From positions 1 to 29,194 of IMG/VR virus record IMGVR_UViG_3300046009_010636: a DNA stretch of 29,194 nucleotides; one strand, written 5' to 3'. This stretch comes from a virus. Its lineage: Duplodnaviria > Caudoviricetes. The translations under genes and the position numbers were made by a program. The number at the start of each line of letters is the position of its first letter. The stretch's first letter is position 1. The notes under the pieces were generated by a model. It worked only from the letters and a program-made list of their open reading frames with translations. It searched no databases and was not told the DNA's origin. Shown here piece after piece: positions 24,258 through 29,194 of this stretch.

Positions 24258-25469
24258 ATGAAATCAGTTAATGAGCTAAATCAACAACTAGCAAATGCTG
24301 TCGCATTTTTGGACGAAACTCGAGCCAAGTACGAAGGCAAGGCAGTTATGCCAGCTGACGTGGAAGCCCGATTCGACCAAGCTGCTGCAGACATGCTAGA
24401 CGCAAAGAAAGAACTCGAGCGACGAGCAGAAATCGAATCAGCACGATCATTCATGATGCAAAGCGGAAATCAGCCTGGCATCATGGGCGCCAAGGCATCA
24501 ACCGATGTCGAGGACGCAAACGTTCGCGCATGGCGACAGTACCTGCGAGGCGACAGCAGCCAGGTTCAAAACATCCGAGCGCAGCAACAGGTAAACCCTA
24601 ACACTGCAGGTGGATTTTTGGTCCCGACGGTGATTTTGAATGAAATCATCAAGCCAGTCGACGATCCGATTTTCATGCGACAGATCTGCCGCGTGAACAC
24701 CATTCGAGGAAACGTATCTGTCCCACGGCAAACCAACCGAGCCACATCATACTGGCAAGGCGAAGCAGAAACTGCGATTCCGACCAACGTGACCACAGGT
24801 CAGCGTGAATTCAAGCCGCACCGAGTGACTGTAAAGACTTCCAACAGCCGACTACTCATCGAGCAGTCTGTGATTGATGTCGAGCAGTGGTTGGCTGAGG
24901 AATTGGATTACAGCGTCCGACTCAAGGAAGAAGCAGCAGCCATGCAAGGAAACGGCACTGGTCAATGGCTAGGCATTTTCACTGCATCCGCAGACGGTAT
25001 CTCGACAAGCCGAGACATCGAAACTGCAGGCTCAGGAACCATTGCAGCAGACGACATTCTCTCGACCATGATGAACGTGAAAGCGACCATCAGAAACCGA
25101 GGTTCATGGGTCGGATCGAGACAGTTCGTGACTACAGTCATGAAACTCAAGGACTCCGCGAATCAGTATATTTTCACTGAATCTGCTGGCATTGGAAACG
25201 TTCTCGCCGTCGGTACTCCGATGACATTGAAGGGTCGACCATTGTACGAATCGGAAAGCGCACCAACAGTGTTCACTGCTGGCAACTATCCTGTCGTTTT
25301 CGGCGACTTCCAGTACTATCACATTTACGACTTCCTGAATCTTGCTGTGCAAGTATTGGTCGAAGATCCGTACGCATCCGCTGGCGAGTATGGCTACGTC
25401 ATGCATAAATTCAGCGATGGTGCGCCCGTTCTCGAAGAGGCATTCAGCCGACTCAAGGTGAAAGCATAA
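24258..25469 (+). CDS. Major capsid protein (HK97 fold)
   Basis: N-terminal coiled-coil delta domain, AGGFLVP, GNGTGQWLGI, LKDSANQY, LKGRP and VFGDF motifs. GAGG RBS. Confidence 0.96.
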   Translation: MKSVNELNQQLANAVAFLDETRAKYEGKAVMPADVEARFDQAAADMLDAKKELERRAEIESARSFMMQSGNQPGIMGAKASTDVEDANVRAWRQYLRGDSSQVQNIRAQQQVNPNTAGGFLVPTVILNEIIKPVDDPIFMRQICRVNTIRGNVSVPRQTNRATSYWQGEAETAIPTNVTTGQREFKPHRVTVKTSNSRLLIEQSVIDVEQWLAEELDYSVRLKEEAAAMQGNGTGQWLGIFTASADGISTSRDIETAGSGTIAADDILSTMMNVKATIRNRGSWVGSRQFVTTVMKLKDSANQYIFTESAGIGNVLAVGTPMTLKGRPLYESESAPTVFTAGNYPVVFGDFQYYHIYDFLNLAVQVLVEDPYASAGEYGYVMHKFSDGAPVLEEAFSRLKVKA

Positions 25470-25921
25470 TGGCTACTTTTAACGCGTTCAACATCGTCAC
25501 AGTTTTTCCTGATGCTACTGCAGCAACTACGAAAAACCTGGCTGCAGGTACGACTGACGTCAACTCCAGCAGCATCGACTGTCTGGCTGACAGCGCGCTC
25601 AACGTCGTCATCGACATGGGCGCCATCACTGCAACTGGCACTGGGACATTCCAACTCCAGCGCAGCGACAACAACACCAGCTGGACCAACATCACTGGTG
25701 CAAAATACGACTACACAGACGCTGATACCAACAAAACTATCACCATCTGTCTGTCGGAATTGACGAACAGATACATCCGAGTCGCCATCGACCGAAACAC
25801 TGCGAATGCTGTCATCAGCGGCATCAAGGCGTACGCTCGACCACGCGCACTCCCAGTGGCACAGGCAACTGGCGCAAACCAAAACGCAGCAGTCGTCGTC
25901 GTAGCTGGTTCATATCTCTAA
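25469..25921 (+). CDS. Capsid decoration/cement protein
   Basis: 150 aa, beta-rich, FQLQRSD...W...RYIRV pattern, TAATG-coupled to the MCP. Confidence 0.7.
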   Translation: MATFNAFNIVTVFPDATAATTKNLAAGTTDVNSSSIDCLADSALNVVIDMGAITATGTGTFQLQRSDNNTSWTNITGAKYDYTDADTNKTITICLSELTNRYIRVAIDRNTANAVISGIKAYARPRALPVAQATGANQNAAVVVVAGSYL

Positions 25922-25937
25922 CATCTGACATCCGACC

Positions 25938-26540
25938 ATGGCTTACATTACATCGACCGAACTGGGAACCTATCTCTTTAACAAGGGATTCGTCACAGAG
26001 GAACTGTCAGCAGCTGACGAAACACGGCTGCTGAATTCCGCCATCGGTGAATGGGAAGGGCTGGTCGGATGTCGACCATTTCTCGCGGTTTCATCGACCA
26101 AAGTTTTTGATCCGCGAGACATTCAGGCGGATAGGCGCGGCTGGGTCCTGGACTTAGCCGTACCTATTTCCGCAGCACCGACGCTGGTGAAATCGGGTGT
26201 CAGCACAGGCGTTGTCGGCACGACTTTGGTGCAGTGGGACGACTGGCAGCTGCCAGATTACACGGCGCCATATACGCAGCTGATTTTTAGAACCAAGCCA
26301 TACATCAGGCTGGAAATCACAGCGGCATGGGGATACACAGACGCGAACGGCATCGACGACCAGGTCAACGACGCAATCTACTGCCTAGCGTCCGCCAGAG
26401 CCATCGAGGAAGGTGCTGGACGACAAGGCGCAGCGACTCGAATCAAAACAGGTTTAATCGAAATCCAAAACAGCGAAAGCGCAGTACAGACGCTACGGAA
26501 ACGAGCTGCCGAAATTGCTCGAGGGTATTGGTTGTCGTGA
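25938..26540 (+). CDS. Head-tail adaptor/connector
   Basis: MAYITSTEL N-terminus, ITAAWGY, and position in the operon. Confidence 0.75.
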   Translation: MAYITSTELGTYLFNKGFVTEELSAADETRLLNSAIGEWEGLVGCRPFLAVSSTKVFDPRDIQADRRGWVLDLAVPISAAPTLVKSGVSTGVVGTTLVQWDDWQLPDYTAPYTQLIFRTKPYIRLEITAAWGYTDANGIDDQVNDAIYCLASARAIEEGAGRQGAATRIKTGLIEIQNSESAVQTLRKRAAEIARGYWLS

Positions 26541-26881
26541 GTGTTCCGTTCAAGCCACACCAGTTTCGAGTTTTCGCAGTTTCCGCAAGGTTGGGGGCGA
26601 ACAATGTGGTCGAGGGATTCGCGCCAGATGCGCCAGGTATCTACATTTCTGGATGCGCGCAGCAGATGTCGCCGAACGCTGCATACGACATTTTTGCTCG
26701 AGATGTGACCAACGGGTTCGCATTTTACGTCGACGTGACAGACCTGAACCGTTCGACGTTTGAGGTCGGCGGAACCATAGAATGGGTCGGCGACCTGTAT
26801 GCCATCGAGAAGGTTCAGACGAATGAGCAGGGACTGGCGACAGATCACATCGCAGTCTATGCGGTTGGGGTGAAACACTGA
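26537..26881 (+). CDS. Head closure (stopper) protein
   Basis: 114 aa from the GTGA overlap, beta-rich, GGTIEWVGDLYAI, and position in the operon. Confidence 0.65.
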   Translation: MSVPFKPHQFRVFAVSARLGANNVVEGFAPDAPGIYISGCAQQMSPNAAYDIFARDVTNGFAFYVDVTDLNRSTFEVGGTIEWVGDLYAIEKVQTNEQGLATDHIAVYAVGVKH

Positions 26882-27318
26882 TGCACTACACAGACATTTT
26901 CAACGCAATCGCAGGTCACATAAAAACAGCCTGGGACGTCGAGACCACATCGCCAGGTCGAGCTGCCAAGCCGCTGCCACAGTTGCCGCGAGCTGTGATA
27001 ACGCTCGAGAGCTGCGACCGAGCTGCAGCTGGTCGTTCGGTCGAGCAGCAGTGGACATGGACCATCGCTGGCGAATTCGCACTGCCAGTCGGCAGCACAG
27101 ATGCACAGAAACTCATGGCGGAAAAAGCCGAGGCGCTCATCGACCTACTGACACCATTTTCTGAAAGTTCAGGAAGTATTCCAACATCGCCAGCCGCATT
27201 CGGTGGTGTTGGCTACATGCCGATGGTGACGAGCTGGACACCGATTCCATTGGATGATGTCGACAATTCCTGCGGCGTCAGCATGACATTCACGGTGAAC
27301 ACGACAGTATGGCAGTGA
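26881..27318 (+). CDS. Tail terminator-like protein
   Basis: 145 aa alpha/beta pattern (LPRAVI...), position in the neck module. Confidence 0.6.
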   Translation: MHYTDIFNAIAGHIKTAWDVETTSPGRAAKPLPQLPRAVITLESCDRAAAGRSVEQQWTWTIAGEFALPVGSTDAQKLMAEKAEALIDLLTPFSESSGSIPTSPAAFGGVGYMPMVTSWTPIPLDDVDNSCGVSMTFTVNTTVWQ

Positions 27319-27872
27319 AGCGCACGACGACTCAGGCGGCACTTGCCATGGCTGAGAAAATGAAACGGCTAAACATGTCAATGGACAAGGCGGTCGAGGA
27401 AATCAGAGCGCAGATACGGCTAGACATGCAGGATGTGACGAACGGTGCAAAGCCGAGCGGCGAAGCGCGAATCAACTGGCTGGCGCGCATGGGGCATCCA
27501 TACGGTCGAGGAGTCTCGGCAGCAAAGTCTACGCCGAACGGACGGAAAAGAGGTGCGGCGCAGTACAGGCGAGGACCAAAGGTCGGCAAGCGCAAAGGGT
27601 CTGCACCGAATCTGCCTATCGGTCGAATCAGTGGCAATCTGACACGTTCTGCCTACGTCACAAAACGTCGAGCAGGCGGCGCACACGTTATCACAGCAGG
27701 TTTCGGTCGGTCAGCCAAGGGCAGCATTTATGTGGTCCTGCCAGCTGGCACTCGCAAAATGGTAGGTCGAGGCGTCTGGGGCAAAGGGGAGAAAGGATAC
27801 ATCGGCGAGAAAATCAAGTCATATAGAAAAGTGTTCCGCCAGATGTATCTTGATGGCAATCGAAAACCATGA
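27309..27872 (+). CDS. Basic tail-completion protein (HK97 gp10-like)
   Basis: 187 aa, very Arg/Lys-rich, SGNLTRS and GTRKMVGR motifs. Confidence 0.65.
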   Translation: MAVKRTTTQAALAMAEKMKRLNMSMDKAVEEIRAQIRLDMQDVTNGAKPSGEARINWLARMGHPYGRGVSAAKSTPNGRKRGAAQYRRGPKVGKRKGSAPNLPIGRISGNLTRSAYVTKRRAGGAHVITAGFGRSAKGSIYVVLPAGTRKMVGRGVWGKGEKGYIGEKIKSYRKVFRQMYLDGNRKP

Positions 27873-27913
27873 AATCAAAGTGTCAAAATGAATTTATCAC
27901 AAGGTAACCAGTT

Positions 27914-28675
27914 ATGAAATACGCAGGCGATCTCACAGCATATACACTCGACGCAACCAGTGTTCTCGACGTTTTTACGAATGTCAGTTTCAAGGTTTCA
28001 GCGCAAGTCGAGGAGGGCAAGGGCGGAGCAGCCAGACATTCAAAAGCTGTACCTGTGAAACGAAGTTTCGAGGCATCGACCGAGCTGATGCGCGACGTAT
28101 CAGGCACACGACAGACCACACTTACACTGACGGTCGCAAACATCGTCGCAGACGTGCTGGCAAAGATTCGGACACTAAACATCAACATTTCAACAGCATC
28201 GCAGGAATGTTCTGGTCGAGCTGATCAGTTCATGACCTACCAGTCAAGTGGAACCAAATTCACAGGATCCGCGACACTTCAGATTCTCGATGCAGATACG
28301 ACGACGCTGATGGAAACGCTAAACAACGCGACGCTGTCAGCTGTGGAAACAACACTGTCAGTCAGCATCGGCGGCATGGTTCTGGTGCTACCTGTGACAC
28401 TGACGACAGCTGAGCTGCGAACCGAGCGCGACGGGCTGATTTTGTTAAACATCGATTTCGAGCAGCGCGGCACTCCGACCACATCGACAGGCAATACTCT
28501 GTGGACAACTGCACTCACGGGCGACACGCTGGTGACATTCGTCGCGACCATCACAACCATCGGAACCTACACGGGGACCACGCTGGTCGAGTCGGCATCG
28601 CTGACCATGCCAGAAACTGGCATCGTGACCGAATCCTACACATTTAAGGGCATGGGAACTCTGGTTAAGAGTTAA
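27914..28675 (+). CDS. Major tail tube protein with internal duplication
   Basis: 253 aa, Thr-rich, ends ESYTFKGMG, upstream of chaperone and TMP. Confidence 0.8.
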   Translation: MKYAGDLTAYTLDATSVLDVFTNVSFKVSAQVEEGKGGAARHSKAVPVKRSFEASTELMRDVSGTRQTTLTLTVANIVADVLAKIRTLNINISTASQECSGRADQFMTYQSSGTKFTGSATLQILDADTTTLMETLNNATLSAVETTLSVSIGGMVLVLPVTLTTAELRTERDGLILLNIDFEQRGTPTTSTGNTLWTTALTGDTLVTFVATITTIGTYTGTTLVESASLTMPETGIVTESYTFKGMGTLVKS

Positions 28676-28693
28676 TGTAAGGAAACCTAACAA

Positions 28694-28825
28694 ATGGCAA
28701 AACAAAACGAAACCAAGCGAGAAGGCGGATTCCGCGACCATCAGTGCGGAACTGCTGACGAAAAACCAACAGAGAAACCAGCACAGAAACCAGCAGAGAA
28801 ACCTGCTGAGGACGTGACTGAATAA
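28694..28825 (+). CDS. Small low-complexity protein (43 aa) with KPxE/Q repeats
   Basis: MAKQNETKREGGFRDHQCGTADEKPTEKPAQKPAEKPAEDVTE. AAGGA upstream, and TAATG coupling to the chaperone. Confidence 0.65.
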   Translation: MAKQNETKREGGFRDHQCGTADEKPTEKPAQKPAEKPAEDVTE

Positions 28826-29194
28826 TGGTCGGCGAGCTGCTAAATAAAATCCTCGAGACATCAGCGCCAGTGAGCGACACTGTGGATGTCACAGTCGTCG
28901 AGGGTGTCAAGCTGCGGTTCAAAATCCTGATCGACATGGAGGAACGAATTCGCATTGAAAATGAGGTCACGCGCTGGGCGAAGCAGATGTCGAAACAGAT
29001 TTCCGAGGGTGCTGTGCTGCCGAACTGGAAGGACGTCGCGACATCAAATGCTGGCATTCTGGCACAGGCGAAAATGCTCGCCATGCTGTCGCTGGACGAG
29101 GAATTTCAAAACGAGCTGGCATGGCTGACGCTAGCAAAACGAGCTGCACCAGTGTTCGCAGGAACCATCGCGGCGCTCGATGCTGCAGCTGCTA
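28825..29194 (+). CDS. Tail assembly chaperone, N-terminal part (140 aa in total, ends at 181)
   Basis: MVGELLNKILET... stays open to the window end and continues through the terminal overlap. Confidence 0.85.
   Translation, partial: MVGELLNKILETSAPVSDTVDVTVVEGVKLRFKILIDMEERIRIENEVTRWAKQMSKQISEGAVLPNWKDVATSNAGILAQAKMLAMLSLDEEFQNELAWLTLAKRAAPVFAGTIAALDAAAA
29067..29194 (+). repeat. Terminal overlap, copy 2
   Basis: Matches 1-128 with one mismatch. Confidence 0.97.

Larger units (their letters stand above)
1..29194. mobile_element. Complete tailed phage genome (siphovirus-like, HK97 head), circular assembly of ~29,066 bp
   Basis: Full set of packaging, head, tail, lysis and replication genes. 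The ends overlap by 128 bp and an ORF reads through the junction. No host genes are present. Confidence 0.95.

Noticed and set aside
10957-26327. Longest-ORF starts such as 10957, 11109, 11360, 12025, 16877, 18731, 18829 and 26327
   Set aside because: They overlap upstream genes or promoters. Downstream starts with ATGA/TAATG/GTGA coupling or an RBS are more plausible.
250-29149. Numerous minus-strand and alternate-frame ORFs in the ORF track (e.g. 11372-12061, 16847-17407, 17082-17663, 15115-15663)
   Set aside because: They are shadows of well-supported plus-strand genes, with no recognisable motifs or translational coupling.
1-29194. Stop-codon reassignment
   Set aside because: The standard code gives dense, intact genes, and TAA, TGA and TAG all terminate genes.

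Overview
The window looks like a complete, circularly assembled genome of a small HK97-type siphovirus. Positions 1-128 repeat at 29067-29194, giving a unit length of about 29,066 bp. Gene order on +: tape measure and tail-tip/receptor-binding genes (338-9733), then a bidirectional terminator. A short leftward operon of four unknown genes follows (9800-11142, -), then an AT-rich divergent promoter region. The early/replication module contains an HTH protein, Gam-like, ERF, SWIM, SSB, RusA and a DUF1376-type initiator with internal iterons. After it come lysis genes (amidase, holin-like proteins, an embedded metallophosphoesterase), TerS/TerL, portal, gpF-like, protease, capsid, head-tail joining proteins, tail tube and a tail chaperone that spans the contig junction. 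I saw no integrase, cI-type repressor, tRNA, CRISPR array or reverse transcriptase. Most notable observations: a switch/pseudoknot-like 5' leader over the RBS of the replication initiator and a second one over the endolysin RBS; a tail tube protein with nested A-A-B-B duplication; apparently complete loss of CCGG and near-complete loss of GGCC; twin GGAATTTCC-cored palindromes before the RBP cassette; DnaA boxes at promoters; and a -1 tail chaperone frameshift hidden by the contig break. All functional calls come from motif recognition by eye, with no database search.
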